A stretch of DNA of 64,000 nucleotides from an uncultured Oscillospiraceae bacterium (GTDB taxonomy: Bacteria > Bacillota > Clostridia > Christensenellales > CAG-314): NCBI GenBank assembly GCA_964598315.1, contig CAZRBI010000002.1, positions 25,276 through 89,275 of the forward strand. Reading direction: 5' to 3'. Positions within the stretch are counted from its first letter, which is position 1, and the number at the start of each line of letters is the position of its first letter. Made by a program: the position numbers and the translations under genes. Of this stretch, positions 9,130 to 18,937 are shown one piece after another. The notes beneath the pieces are model-generated. The model did not search any database, was not told where the DNA came from, and worked only from the letters and a program-made list of their open reading frames with translations.

Positions 9130-9335
9130 ACCTACGACACGGCACACAGGCTGACGCAGGAAACCAACTCGGCATTGGGACTTACCAAAACCTATAGTTA
9201 CAAAACCGATGGTAGAATAGATAAGATTGTTGACAGTTCCAAAGGTAACTTGCAGTTCTACTACGACAACAAAGGTAGATTGCAATCGGTGAACACCGCA
9301 ACTACCGCTTGCCTCTATGACTTGTGCGCACCACT
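9130..9335 (+). pseudogene. terminal RHS fragment equivalent to 3401-3600 of the main gene
   Basis: DNA and peptide match the main gene (HRLTQETNSALGLTKTYSYKTDGRIDKIVDSSKGNLQFYYDNKGRLQSVN). There is no start codon and the similarity decays after ~9310. Confidence 0.75.
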
Positions 9336-9402
9336 GCACGTTTCAACCGCCCCACACAACATGTGTGGAGCGATTTGTGTTGTGGCAGAACAACAAATAT
9401 AG

Positions 9403-10878
9403 CTAAATTTTGTTGTAGACCACAATTCTGGCATCTTTTTCCAACGGATCGGCAACTTCCGGATTGACGGCAAGCAGATCGTCTGTCGACATGTGCAGTC
9501 CTTTGGCCAATTGCCACACTGTTTCGCCTTTGTTTGCCAAACAAACTTCGATGGCTGCAAGTTGTTTTTTATCGAAAGGCTTTTCTTCGGCAGAAACAAC
9601 AACGTTGTAGTCGACGTTGCGGAAGGCATCGACACCGATACACAATTGAGCGTCATAACGCAACTTCTCACCGCCGTTCAATGCAAAATTTTCTACGGCA
9701 ACCGTTGCAAAACTTTCGCACTGTGGTGCCAAAAAATCCACATCGACGATTTGACTGAACGGCAATTCCAACCGGACACTTTCCGTGCCGTTTTCGCCCG
9801 AACACAAAGCTGTTGCGCTCACCACGCCTTCCACTCGTGCAGCCTTTTCAAGCGAAACGCATTTCGTCACCAATGCCCCGACATTGACAACCGTTGTCAC
9901 GTCTTTGTTATCCCAATCCAAAGTTCCATCGACGTTTTTGTGTGTCGTGGCACTGCCGCAAGGCAAAGTGGTTTTTATGTTTTGACGTTGCAAAACGAAA
10001 TCGCAATCGGTTCCATAGGCATCGGTGACAATTTCCAAAACGGACGAAACGGTTTGTTCCAAACGCAACGATGCCGCAATTTCCACCGAAAATTCCGTAT
10101 TAACGCTGTCTTCGGCAATGTTGAGCCGCACTTTTGTTGTCTTCGCGAACGGCGTGACAAACAACTGTGCATCAACGGGGATATCGGAAGCATCGAATTC
10201 GTTGTTGAATTCAAACGGCAAAACATCCGTCACGACGTCGCCCTCGGAAAGATACGTCAGGCGCACCGTAGCATTGCCCGAAACGCGCAAAATGTCGTCT
10301 GTGTTGGTGTAGTCGCAAACGCATAAAGAGCTTTCTGCCATAAGGACGGTGGATATTGTTCGAGAAGACGTCAAGTCCTCCTCCACCGCAAAGGGCAAAA
10401 TCTTCACGTCGGCAGAACTTAGTATTTCCAAGTTTTCCTTTTGCACGAAAACGTCGTCGCTATCGGCAAAATATGCAACGCTATCGGCGACGTAGGCCCA
10501 AACAGTCACTTCCGACAACACCGTTATCATGGCAGTGTTGGCGTTAGTTTCCACCTTTACATCAACGGTTGCAACATCGAAACTGCACTTGGTGTCCACT
10601 CGCAACACGTCGCTTTGCAAACTTTCGGCAAGATCCGAAGTGTAGTTGGATCCCACCATTGCACTGCCGTCGTTATACAACAGTTTGATTGCCGTTTTTC
10701 CGAAAAAAGCCACCTCTCCGTCGGTTGATTCGTAGGAATTTACAACCGTGTCTACACCGACGGAAAGAACCTCGGCTATGTCGTTTTTGGCGGAAATCCG
10801 CACGTTTTGAACGGTTTGCGTTTTTCCGATTTGTTTTCTGCTGAAAAACGTTGCATCTTGAAATTGAACGTTTGCCAT
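9403..10878 (-). CDS. SpoVID-like sporulation protein (DUF3794/SPOCS-type repeats plus C-terminal LysM)
   Basis: C-terminal LysM-like sequence (GETVWQLAKGLHMSTDDLLAVNPE...IVVYN). The N-terminal region is repetitive and beta-rich, as in SPOCS-domain proteins. Confidence 0.55.
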   Translation of the reverse strand: MANVQFQDATFFSRKQIGKTQTVQNVRISAKNDIAEVLSVGVDTVVNSYESTDGEVAFFGKTAIKLLYNDGSAMVGSNYTSDLAESLQSDVLRVDTKCSFDVATVDVKVETNANTAMITVLSEVTVWAYVADSVAYFADSDDVFVQKENLEILSSADVKILPFAVEEDLTSSRTISTVLMAESSLCVCDYTNTDDILRVSGNATVRLTYLSEGDVVTDVLPFEFNNEFDASDIPVDAQLFVTPFAKTTKVRLNIAEDSVNTEFSVEIAASLRLEQTVSSVLEIVTDAYGTDCDFVLQRQNIKTTLPCGSATTHKNVDGTLDWDNKDVTTVVNVGALVTKCVSLEKAARVEGVVSATALCSGENGTESVRLELPFSQIVDVDFLAPQCESFATVAVENFALNGGEKLRYDAQLCIGVDAFRNVDYNVVVSAEEKPFDKKQLAAIEVCLANKGETVWQLAKGLHMSTDDLLAVNPEVADPLEKDARIVVYNKI

Positions 10879-10977
10879 GTTTGTCTACCTCCGCAACTGT
10901 TTTGAATGTCAGTGTATTATACTTTGTTCAAAATTCAAGTAGACCATTGCACAAACAGATTTTTTTGCCACAAACTG

Positions 10978-11232
10978 TCAAATTGACGCAGGAGCCGCCT
11001 CCGTTAGTGCAACTTCACCGCACAAAACGTCGGAATAGGAACAACTCAGCCTGTCGAACAATGCATCGTGCAACTCGACGACAAATACGTTCTCGTGAAT
11101 TTCTTTCACCACTCCGTGATAGTTTTTCACGCGGTTACGTCCGCGATTTAGTTTGACATTCACGTTTTTGTTGAACAAACTTTGAACACTACGTTTGGCT
11201 GCATCGATATCTGCTTTTCTTTTCATATTCAC
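10978..11232 (-). CDS. veg: Veg family protein
   Basis: Size and sequence (KRSVQSLFNKNVNVKLNRGRNRVKNYHGVVKEIHENVFVVEL...LSCSYSDVL) parallel B. subtilis Veg. Confidence 0.8.
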   Translation of the reverse strand: MNMKRKADIDAAKRSVQSLFNKNVNVKLNRGRNRVKNYHGVVKEIHENVFVVELHDALFDRLSCSYSDVLCGEVALTEAAPASI

Positions 11233-11283
11233 CTCTGTTTGATTTTAGTGTTCCCGTTTTGTCCACAAACAAAAACAGAGCAA

Positions 11284-11320
11284 CAAAAAAACTGCCCGCT
11301 CACATTCAATGAGCAGGCAG
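11284..11320 (-). terminator. intrinsic terminator
   Basis: On the minus strand, CTGCCTGCTCA-loop-TGAGCGGGCAG followed by TTTTTTT. Confidence 0.6.
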
Positions 11321-11386
11321 CATAAAACACTTAATATTTACGTTTTTGCGTGACGCAATTTTCAACAGCGTTGTGACGAAACAAAA

Positions 11387-11869
11387 TCACTCGTCATCAT
11401 CGTCATCGTCTTCATCTTCGTCTTCGAAATCATCATCGTCGAAGTCGTCATCGCCAAAATCGTCGGGATAGTCGTCCAAATCCATATCGATGTTTTCTTC
11501 GTCTTCGAAGTCGTCGAAATCGTCGTCTTCGTCGGCTTCCAATTCTTCCAACGAAATAATATCGTCGTCACCGGTATCGGCGGGGTCGTCGTCATCCAAG
11601 TAGGAACGCCAATCGTCATCGTTATCCTCGTTGATTTCGTCCGGTTCTTTTTCGTGAGATAAACAGTTCTCGCACATTTCCTCGTCCATGCCGATGTATG
11701 CTGTTTTGCATACAGGACAAAGCTTAAGCGGTTCGTCGGCATCGATGATATCGTCCAAAAGCACGATGCTTGTGTCCAGCCCCAACTCGGCCTTGCACAC
11801 ATCGCACATTTCTTCCTCTTGAGGAATGTAGTTCAATTCACATCTGGGGCACTTTTTGTACTTCGCCAT
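11387..11869 (-). CDS. double zinc-ribbon protein with an extremely acidic tail
   Basis: CPRC..CDVC and CPVC..CENC pairs, followed by ~90 aa that are mostly D/E. ATG follows GGTGA. Confidence 0.6.
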   Translation of the reverse strand: MAKYKKCPRCELNYIPQEEEMCDVCKAELGLDTSIVLLDDIIDADEPLKLCPVCKTAYIGMDEEMCENCLSHEKEPDEINEDNDDDWRSYLDDDDPADTGDDDIISLEELEADEDDDFDDFEDEENIDMDLDDYPDDFGDDDFDDDDFEDEDEDDDDDDE

Positions 11870-12124
11870 TTCTTCACCTTTCTTGCGCGAATTTTGCCAA
11901 CAAAACAAATCGCGTCTTTTTGTGCAATCAATTTACCATTATTCCATTCGGTTGTAAACTGTTTTTGACCATATTTTTTTCACATTGTATCAAAAAAATA
12001 TTCATTTTGGACAAACTACATAACTATTTTTGCAAATTTTCGCAAACATAAACTATTTTAGCAATTTTTTAATTCTGATTTTGCTAGACTTTGCGATTGA
12101 CACACGCACCGCTCCGGTGATAAA

Positions 12125-12772
12125 ATGATTGTTATGAAAAGAATTATTATCGGCATTGCCGGCGGAACAGGTTCCGGAAAAACCACCATTGCAAAAAAAA
12201 TTTACCAATCTTTCAGCAAAGACGCCGTGATACTTTCCCACGACTTCTACTACAAACCGCACGACGACCTGACCTACGAAGAAAGACGCAAGTTGAATTA
12301 CGACCACCCAGATGCTCTGGACACGGATATGCTTGTGGAACATTTGGCAAAATTGAAAGACGGCCAAGCCATTTTGCACCCGACCTACGACTTTTCGCGT
12401 CACTGTCGCAGTGAAGTTTGGGAAAAAACAGAGAGTGCACGCTTGATAATTGTGGAAGGCATTTTGATTTTCACGGACAAGCGTTTGTGTGACCTTTGCG
12501 ACGTGAAATTGTTTGTTGATACCGATGCCGACGTCCGTTTTATACGCCGTCTTCGCCGTGACGTGAGAGACCGCGGACGCACGATGGAATCGGTGATCAA
12601 TCAATACACCAACACCGTCAAACCGATGCACGAACAATTTGTTGAACCTTCCAAGCGCAAAGCCGACTTGATAATTCCCGAGGGTGGGCACAACCTTATA
12701 GGTATTTCCATGATAGTGGACGCTATCAACAAAAAACTTGCAGGCAACGGAGGCGAAAATGGCCACGCTTAA
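12125..12772 (+). CDS. udk: uridine kinase
   Basis: P-loop IGIAGGTGSGKTT, DHPDALD, and typical length. Confidence 0.9.
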   Translation: MIVMKRIIIGIAGGTGSGKTTIAKKIYQSFSKDAVILSHDFYYKPHDDLTYEERRKLNYDHPDALDTDMLVEHLAKLKDGQAILHPTYDFSRHCRSEVWEKTESARLIIVEGILIFTDKRLCDLCDVKLFVDTDADVRFIRRLRRDVRDRGRTMESVINQYTNTVKPMHEQFVEPSKRKADLIIPEGGHNLIGISMIVDAINKKLAGNGGENGHA

Positions 12773-13556
12773 CCTGGTGGGCGCACCGAATGCCCGAGAT
12801 TTGGGCGGAATGAAAACGCGTTTGGGCACAATCAAAAAAGGCAAACTTATTCGAAGCGGAGAATTGAGTCGATTGACAGACAGGGACGTTGAAATTTTGA
12901 AGAACGTTCCGCTTGCACGAGTGATAGACCTTCGAACAGACACGGAAAAACAGCTTTCGCCCGATTATCCTTTTGAAAACGTTCAATTCGAGGATGTTTC
13001 GATTATCAGAGCCACAACTTTCGGTATAACCTACGAAAGATCTTCCGGACAGGAAATTGCCGAAAAACTTAAAGCCGGATTTTTGCGCATGCAACAACGC
13101 AACGAAACGCATTCGGAACACATGGAGATTTTATACAAAAACTTTGTGGAAGACGAGCATTGTCGCAACGGTTACGGAGATTTTTTGAACAAACTGGCAC
13201 ATCCGGTTGACGGAGCAACCCTTTGGCATTGCACCATGGGCAAAGATCGCGTGGGCACTTGCACCGCTTTGCTTTTGCACTGTTTGGGCGCAACCGAACA
13301 GCAGATTTTTGAGGATTATTTGCTCACAAACGATTTGACTTCACAAAACAGAGAACAGATTTTGAAAAAAATTCAAAACCACGTTTCTAACGAGAGTTTG
13401 GCTGCCGTTGAAAAAATGTTATGCGTGAATGCATCTTTTTTGCAAAACTTTTACAAGGGAATTGCCGAAAACTACCAAACGGTTGACAATTTTTTGCACT
13501 GCTGCGGTGTTACACAAGAAACGATTGGCCGATTGCAAGAACTTTACTTAGATTGA
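12759..13556 (+). CDS. protein-tyrosine phosphatase family protein
   Basis: CX5R active site HCTMGKDRVGT. ATG lies 5 nt after GGAGG. Confidence 0.75.
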   Translation: MATLNLVGAPNARDLGGMKTRLGTIKKGKLIRSGELSRLTDRDVEILKNVPLARVIDLRTDTEKQLSPDYPFENVQFEDVSIIRATTFGITYERSSGQEIAEKLKAGFLRMQQRNETHSEHMEILYKNFVEDEHCRNGYGDFLNKLAHPVDGATLWHCTMGKDRVGTCTALLLHCLGATEQQIFEDYLLTNDLTSQNREQILKKIQNHVSNESLAAVEKMLCVNASFLQNFYKGIAENYQTVDNFLHCCGVTQETIGRLQELYLD

Positions 13557-13574
13557 ACTACGCACAAAAATACA

Positions 13575-13605
13575 AATGCCTGCGAACATTCGCAGGCATT
13601 TTTTG
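13575..13605. terminator. bidirectional intrinsic terminator between convergent genes
   Basis: AATGCCTGCGAA-CA-TTCGCAGGCATT flanked by A and T runs. Confidence 0.7.
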
Positions 13606-13642
13606 TTGCAATTTCAATATGAATTTTGGTTGAATGACTCCG

Positions 13643-14422
13643 CTAGTCTAAATCGTCGGAAGTTTGAGGATTTGCGAACAGTGAAATTCCGTCGTCTTCG
13701 CTGTCGTCGGCAAAAACTTCCACGTGTTTTTTCAAATCGAACACCGTCCAAGGTTTGATTTGCGGCGGATAGGCCACAAACACCATTCTTTCCTTGGTGA
13801 CGGGATGATTGAATTCCAAACGATATGCCCACAAGGCAAGATTACTTCCCCTCATCAAGCTGTCGCCACCGTAACGAACGTCTCCGAACACGGGCGTTCC
13901 TATTGCGGCCATCTGAACCCTGATTTGATGGCTGCGACCTGTACCCAACTGCACTTTGCACAACGACACCGTGCCGTTGCTTTCCAAAACGTTGTAGGAC
14001 AATTCCGCACGTTTTGCATCGTGATCACCGAAAGTTGCAACGTACACGTTGTTGGTGAGTGCATTCTTTTTCAGGTAGTGAACGAGTGTTGCGGATTTTT
14101 CCTTGGGAGAACCGACAACCGTGGCAAAATAGTACTTTGACATATCTCCGTCCACAATTTGTTTGGAAAGTCTTTCTGCCGCCTTGCTGTTTTTGGCAAA
14201 AACCATAACGCCGCCGGTAGGTCTGTCCAAACGGTGAACAAGCCCCAGATAGACGTTGCCCGGTTTGTTGTACTTTTCCTTGATATACTGTTTGAGCAGT
14301 GTCAACAAATCCGTATCGCCGCTGGAATCGGCCTGACTTGGAATGTTTTGAGGTTTGACGACAACCAACACGCTGTTGTCTTCGTGCAAAATATTCACAT
14401 CATCCATTGTGAAATTTCTCAT
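13643..14422 (-). CDS. RluA-family pseudouridine synthase
   Basis: HRLDRPTGG and GRSHQIRVQ motifs. The start is coupled to the upstream stop (ATGA at 14422-14419). Confidence 0.85.
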   Translation of the reverse strand: MRNFTMDDVNILHEDNSVLVVVKPQNIPSQADSSGDTDLLTLLKQYIKEKYNKPGNVYLGLVHRLDRPTGGVMVFAKNSKAAERLSKQIVDGDMSKYYFATVVGSPKEKSATLVHYLKKNALTNNVYVATFGDHDAKRAELSYNVLESNGTVSLCKVQLGTGRSHQIRVQMAAIGTPVFGDVRYGGDSLMRGSNLALWAYRLEFNHPVTKERMVFVAYPPQIKPWTVFDLKKHVEVFADDSEDDGISLFANPQTSDDLD

Positions 14423-15288
14423 TTGATAACTCCTTTTGCTACGTAAAGTCCGCTTGCGCCGCAAGGCAGAACTGTTTTTTCATCGGTGGGCAAACACACC
14501 TCGTAAGCCAAAACGTTTCCGTCCGAAGGTGCCGTGCGTAACAGCAAATTGGACAACACCGCCGGCTGCAACCCCGTTGTGTAGGAATTCAGCAAAACAA
14601 ACAACGGATTATCCGACAACACTTGCATACAAAGAGAAAGAAAATCGTGAATATCTCGTTCGAGTTTCCACTCTTCGCCGTTTGCTCCGCGCCCGAAACT
14701 GGGAGGATCCATGATGATTGCATCGTATTTGTGGCCGCGATTGATTTCGCGTTTGACGAATTTGCGACAGTCGTCCACTATGTAGCGAACGGGACAATCT
14801 GACAAGCCTGAAAGCGCCACGTTTTGTTTTGCAACTTCCACCATGTTTTTGGCAGCATCTACGTGACACACACTTGCCCCTGCCGAAAGGCATGCGGCAG
14901 TTGCACCGCCCGTGTAGGCAAACAAATTGAGTACGCTTATAGGGCGATTGGCATTTTGAATGAGGTCTATCATTCTTGCCCAATTGACTGCTTGTTCGGG
15001 AAACAGCCCCGTGTGCTTGAAATTCATCGGACGCACGACAAACGTAAGATTGCGCCAAGACACCGTCCAACTTTCCGGCAAACGTTTGTTAAATTCCCAA
15101 TGTCCGCCGCCCGTTGAAGAACGCAAATAGCGTGCATCAGGCTTTTTGACGGAAACAAGAGGCTTGCGCGCATGCCAAATTGCTTGCGGATCGGGACGCA
15201 AAAGCACAACGTCTTTCCAACGTTCCAACTTTTCGCCGTCGCCTGTGGCATATATCTGATAATCTTTCCATTCGTTGTTGATTTCCAT
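14419..15288 (-). CDS. class I SAM-dependent RNA methyltransferase (RlmI/RlmK-like)
   Basis: LNLFAYTGGAT, IIMDPPSFG (motif IV). Confidence 0.75.
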   Translation of the reverse strand: MEINNEWKDYQIYATGDGEKLERWKDVVLLRPDPQAIWHARKPLVSVKKPDARYLRSSTGGGHWEFNKRLPESWTVSWRNLTFVVRPMNFKHTGLFPEQAVNWARMIDLIQNANRPISVLNLFAYTGGATAACLSAGASVCHVDAAKNMVEVAKQNVALSGLSDCPVRYIVDDCRKFVKREINRGHKYDAIIMDPPSFGRGANGEEWKLERDIHDFLSLCMQVLSDNPLFVLLNSYTTGLQPAVLSNLLLRTAPSDGNVLAYEVCLPTDEKTVLPCGASGLYVAKGVIK

Positions 15289-15701
15289 AGCCTTCCACTC
15301 GCACAATGCGCACATTTTTCGCACACTTTTTTATATTGTACAACATTTTCACATTTTCTTCAACTGTTTGATAGATTTTTCACTTTTACTTTGCTCCGTT
15401 ACTCTCGCCGGGCACGCTGCCGTTGACAAGCAAACCACCTTGCAAAACAAACGGCGAAAACAATATGTATGCGAACAAAAAACAGCCTGTTACACGAACT
15501 GGCAAAAAAACAATTGCATGTGTTATTTAGAAAAAACTTTGTCTTCTACATGACATTCTCGCAGACGGCGTTCGGAGTTAAACGTTTGCAACAATTCATA
15601 TACCCCTGATTAATTTTTAACAAGCAGATTATGTCGTGGAGTGAATAAACTGTTTTTGTTTCCGCACCTGTTGCACATAAAAGTATAATTCACCCCACTA
15701 C

Positions 15702-15736
15702 AAAAAGAGATGTCGTCCGTCGGACAACATCTCTTT
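15702..15736 (-). terminator. ileS terminator
   Basis: 14-bp stem AGAGATGTTGTCCG/CGGACGACATCTCT followed by TTTTTG on the minus strand. Confidence 0.75.
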
Positions 15737-15770
15737 CAACTTTAAGCAAATTATTGTTTGTTTTCAAGTT

Positions 15771-18700
15771 TTATGCTTTTGTAAGGTACAACGTGAAGCT
15801 TTCGCCGTTAACTTCCCATTGCTTTTCGAATGCACCGCTATCTGCTTCGACAACTTTGTCGGCCAAAGTGCCGTCGGCAATGGTTTGAGCGTTGTTGGAA
15901 AATACTTCGGCAAGTTTTTCGGCCTTGTAACCCACGACGATGTGATCTGTCACTACAAAATCGCACTCCTTGCGCATGGTTTGAATTTTGGAAATGATTT
16001 CACGCACCAAACCTTCTTCCACAAGTTGATCGCTCAACGTGACATCTAACGCAACCGTGTCGCCGTGGTCGGAAACAACAGAATATCCATCCTTGTTTTT
16101 GCTGGACACAAGCAAGTCGCTTTCTTCCACTTCCACTTTGTTTCCGTCGATATCAAACACGTGTTTGCCGCCGTTTTTGACGTTTTGAACAACCTCTTTT
16201 GCCTTTGCACCCAAACTTGCAAAATGTTCACGAATTTTGCCCAAAAGTTTTCCGTACTTGGGGCCAAGTGTTTTGAGTTGTGGTTTGATTTCGTAGTCGG
16301 CAAAGCCATCGGCACTGTCCACCAAAACAACTTCCTTAACGTTAAGTTCGTTCTTTACTATGTCTTTCATTTCTTCGTCGAACTCGCCGTTTGTGGCAAC
16401 GTACATTTTTGAAAGAGGCTGACGATTTTTGACGTTTGCAGCATTTCTGGCACTACGTCCCAACACAACCACGTCCAAAACCTTTTCCATGGCAGTGTTC
16501 AAATGCTTGTTGATGCGGCTTTCGTCCGCTTCGGGGAACTTGCACAGATGAACAGATTTCGGAGCATCGTCGAAGAAATTTGCGGTGATGTTTTGGTAGA
16601 TGCTTTCGGTGATGAACGGCACGAAAGGTGCGGCAACCTTAACCAAAGTATCCAAAACAGTGTACAGCGTGACATATGCGGCTTCTTTGTCGGCAGTCCA
16701 ATCGCTTCCCCAATAACGTTCACGGCAACGACGCACGTACCAGTTGGAAAGCATGTCGGTGAATTTTTCTATTGAACGAGCAGTTTCGGTGATTTCGTAG
16801 TTGGAAAGACCGGCATCTACCGTTTTGACAAGTTGGTTCACTTCGGAAAGAATCCACTTGTCCATAAGCGTCAATTTGCAATTTTCCAATTTGTACTTCG
16901 AGGGATCGAAGTTATCGATATCCGCATACAACACGTAGAATGCATAGGTGTTCCACAAAGTGCCCAAAAAGCGGCGTTGTGTTTCCGAAACAGCCTCGGA
17001 ATAGTAGCGACTGGGCAACCACGGAGAGGACGCCGTGTAGAAGTACCAACGCACGGCATCTGCGCCTTGCTTGTTGAAACTATCCCACGGATCGACGACG
17101 TTGCCCTTGTGTTTGGACATTTTGACCCCGTGTTCGTCACCGACCAAACCCAAAACAATACAATTTTTGAACGGTGCTTTGCCGAACAGCAACGAGTTTA
17201 CCGCCAACAGCACGTAGAACCAACCTCTTGTCTGGTCGACGGCTTCGGAAATGAAATCGGCAGGGAAATATTGATGGAACAACTCCTGATTTTCAAACGG
17301 ATAGTGGAATTGTGCATAGGGCATACTGCCGCTATCGAACCAACAGTCGATAACTTCCGGTGTGCGAACGTACTCGCCGCCGCATTCGCACTTCCAAGTG
17401 CAACCGTCGATAAACGGACGGTGCAATTCTATGTTTTCGCTGCAACCGCACTTTTCGGCAAGCTCTTTGCGGCTTCCGATAACGTGCACTTTGCCGCATT
17501 TGTTGCATACCCACACGGGCAACGGTGTGCCCCAATATCTGTCACGAGAAATGCCCCAATCGATGACGTTTTCCAAGAAATTGCCCATACGTCCGCTACC
17601 GATTGTGGGCGGAATCCAATTGACGGAGGCATTTGCTTCCAACAATTGTTTTTTCACCGCAGGGTCGGTCATCTTGACAAACCACGACTTGCGAGCGTAG
17701 TAGATGAGGGGCGTGTCGCAACGCCAACAGTGCGGATAGCTGTGTTCATACATAAGTTCCTTGAACAGCAGACCGCGCGTTTTCAAATCTTTCAAAATAA
17801 GTTTATCGGCATCTTTGCAAAATACGCCGGTGAGTTCACCGCAATTTTCCACAAACTTGCCGTCTTCGCCTACCAATTGAACAAGGGGCAAATTGTACTT
17901 TCTGCCGACGTTTGCATCGTCTTCGCCGAAAGCCGGAGCAATATGAACAATACCCGTGCCGTCCGTCAACGTTACGTAGCCGTCGTTGGTGACGTAGTAG
18001 CAATCTTCGTTTACTTGCGCATAGTTATACAACGGTTTGTAGTGAACGCCGACAAAATCGCTGCCCTTGTTCGTGGCAACAACAGTGTAGGTGCCTTCCT
18101 CAAAATGGTTTGCAACCAAATCTTTTGCCAAAATGTAGCGAACACCGTCTTGTTCCACAGTTACGTAGTCGAATTCGGCATTCATGCACAATGCAACGTT
18201 GCTGGGCAATGTCCAAGGAGTTGTTGTCCAAGCCAAAAAGTATGTGTCGGGGCTATCCACAAGTTGGAATTTTGCAACGGCAGATTTTTCTTTCACGTCC
18301 TTGTAGCCCTGTGCCACTTCGTGAGAAGACAATGCCGTTCCGCAACGAGGACAATAGGGAACGATTTTGAACCCTTTGTACAACAATCCCTTTTCGTGAA
18401 TGGTTTTGAGTGCCCACCACTCCGATTCGATGTAGTTGTTGTCGTAGGTGACGTAGGGATGTTCCATATCTGCCCAATATGCAACACGGTCGGACAAATC
18501 TTCCCATTCCTTCTTGTACTTCCAAACAGATTCCTTACACTTTTGCACGAAAGGCTCTATTCCATAGGCTTCGATTTGTTTTTTGCCGTCTATTCCCAAA
18601 AGTTTTTCCACTTCCAATTCGACGGGGAGACCGTGAGTATCCCAACCGGCCTTGCGCAAAACTTTTTTGCCCTTCATCACTTGATAACGAGGAATCAAAT

Positions 18701-18896
18701 CCTTGATTGAACGGGTAAGGACGTGACCGATGTGCGGCTTTCCGTTAGCTGTCGGCGGGCCGTCGTAAAACGTGAAACAACCGCTTCCCTTGGCAGCTGT
18801 TTGCTCGAAAACTTTGTTTTCTTTCCAGAATTTCAGTACGTCCAGTTCTCTGTCCACAAAGTTCAAAGAACTGTCAACTTTTTTGTACTTAGACAT
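15771..18896 (-). CDS. ileS: isoleucine--tRNA ligase
   Basis: HIGH (PHIGHVLT) and KMSKS (KMSKHKGN) motifs, ~1040 aa. ATG follows GGGAGG. Confidence 0.97.
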   Translation of the reverse strand: MSKYKKVDSSLNFVDRELDVLKFWKENKVFEQTAAKGSGCFTFYDGPPTANGKPHIGHVLTRSIKDLIPRYQVMKGKKVLRKAGWDTHGLPVELEVEKLLGIDGKKQIEAYGIEPFVQKCKESVWKYKKEWEDLSDRVAYWADMEHPYVTYDNNYIESEWWALKTIHEKGLLYKGFKIVPYCPRCGTALSSHEVAQGYKDVKEKSAVAKFQLVDSPDTYFLAWTTTPWTLPSNVALCMNAEFDYVTVEQDGVRYILAKDLVANHFEEGTYTVVATNKGSDFVGVHYKPLYNYAQVNEDCYYVTNDGYVTLTDGTGIVHIAPAFGEDDANVGRKYNLPLVQLVGEDGKFVENCGELTGVFCKDADKLILKDLKTRGLLFKELMYEHSYPHCWRCDTPLIYYARKSWFVKMTDPAVKKQLLEANASVNWIPPTIGSGRMGNFLENVIDWGISRDRYWGTPLPVWVCNKCGKVHVIGSRKELAEKCGCSENIELHRPFIDGCTWKCECGGEYVRTPEVIDCWFDSGSMPYAQFHYPFENQELFHQYFPADFISEAVDQTRGWFYVLLAVNSLLFGKAPFKNCIVLGLVGDEHGVKMSKHKGNVVDPWDSFNKQGADAVRWYFYTASSPWLPSRYYSEAVSETQRRFLGTLWNTYAFYVLYADIDNFDPSKYKLENCKLTLMDKWILSEVNQLVKTVDAGLSNYEITETARSIEKFTDMLSNWYVRRCRERYWGSDWTADKEAAYVTLYTVLDTLVKVAAPFVPFITESIYQNITANFFDDAPKSVHLCKFPEADESRINKHLNTAMEKVLDVVVLGRSARNAANVKNRQPLSKMYVATNGEFDEEMKDIVKNELNVKEVVLVDSADGFADYEIKPQLKTLGPKYGKLLGKIREHFASLGAKAKEVVQNVKNGGKHVFDIDGNKVEVEESDLLVSSKNKDGYSVVSDHGDTVALDVTLSDQLVEEGLVREIISKIQTMRKECDFVVTDHIVVGYKAEKLAEVFSNNAQTIADGTLADKVVEADSGAFEKQWEVNGESFTLYLTKA

Positions 18897-18937
18897 AAAA
18901 CCTCCCTTTTCGGCTTTGGTGAATTTACTTCGCCGAT

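Noticed and set aside
16833-18710. 625-aa plus-strand ORF. Similar long antisense ORFs occur at 28236-29621, 47789-49255, 53831-55315, 12053-12943, 46874-47743, 9493-10326 and 40264-41034.
   Set aside because: Each lies entirely antisense to a gene with strong family motifs (ileS, prs, the 845-aa surface protein, patatin/rubrerythrin, udk and others). Their translations are low-complexity (rich in R, V, F, C, H) with no motifs or RBS. They are shadow ORFs produced by codon bias.
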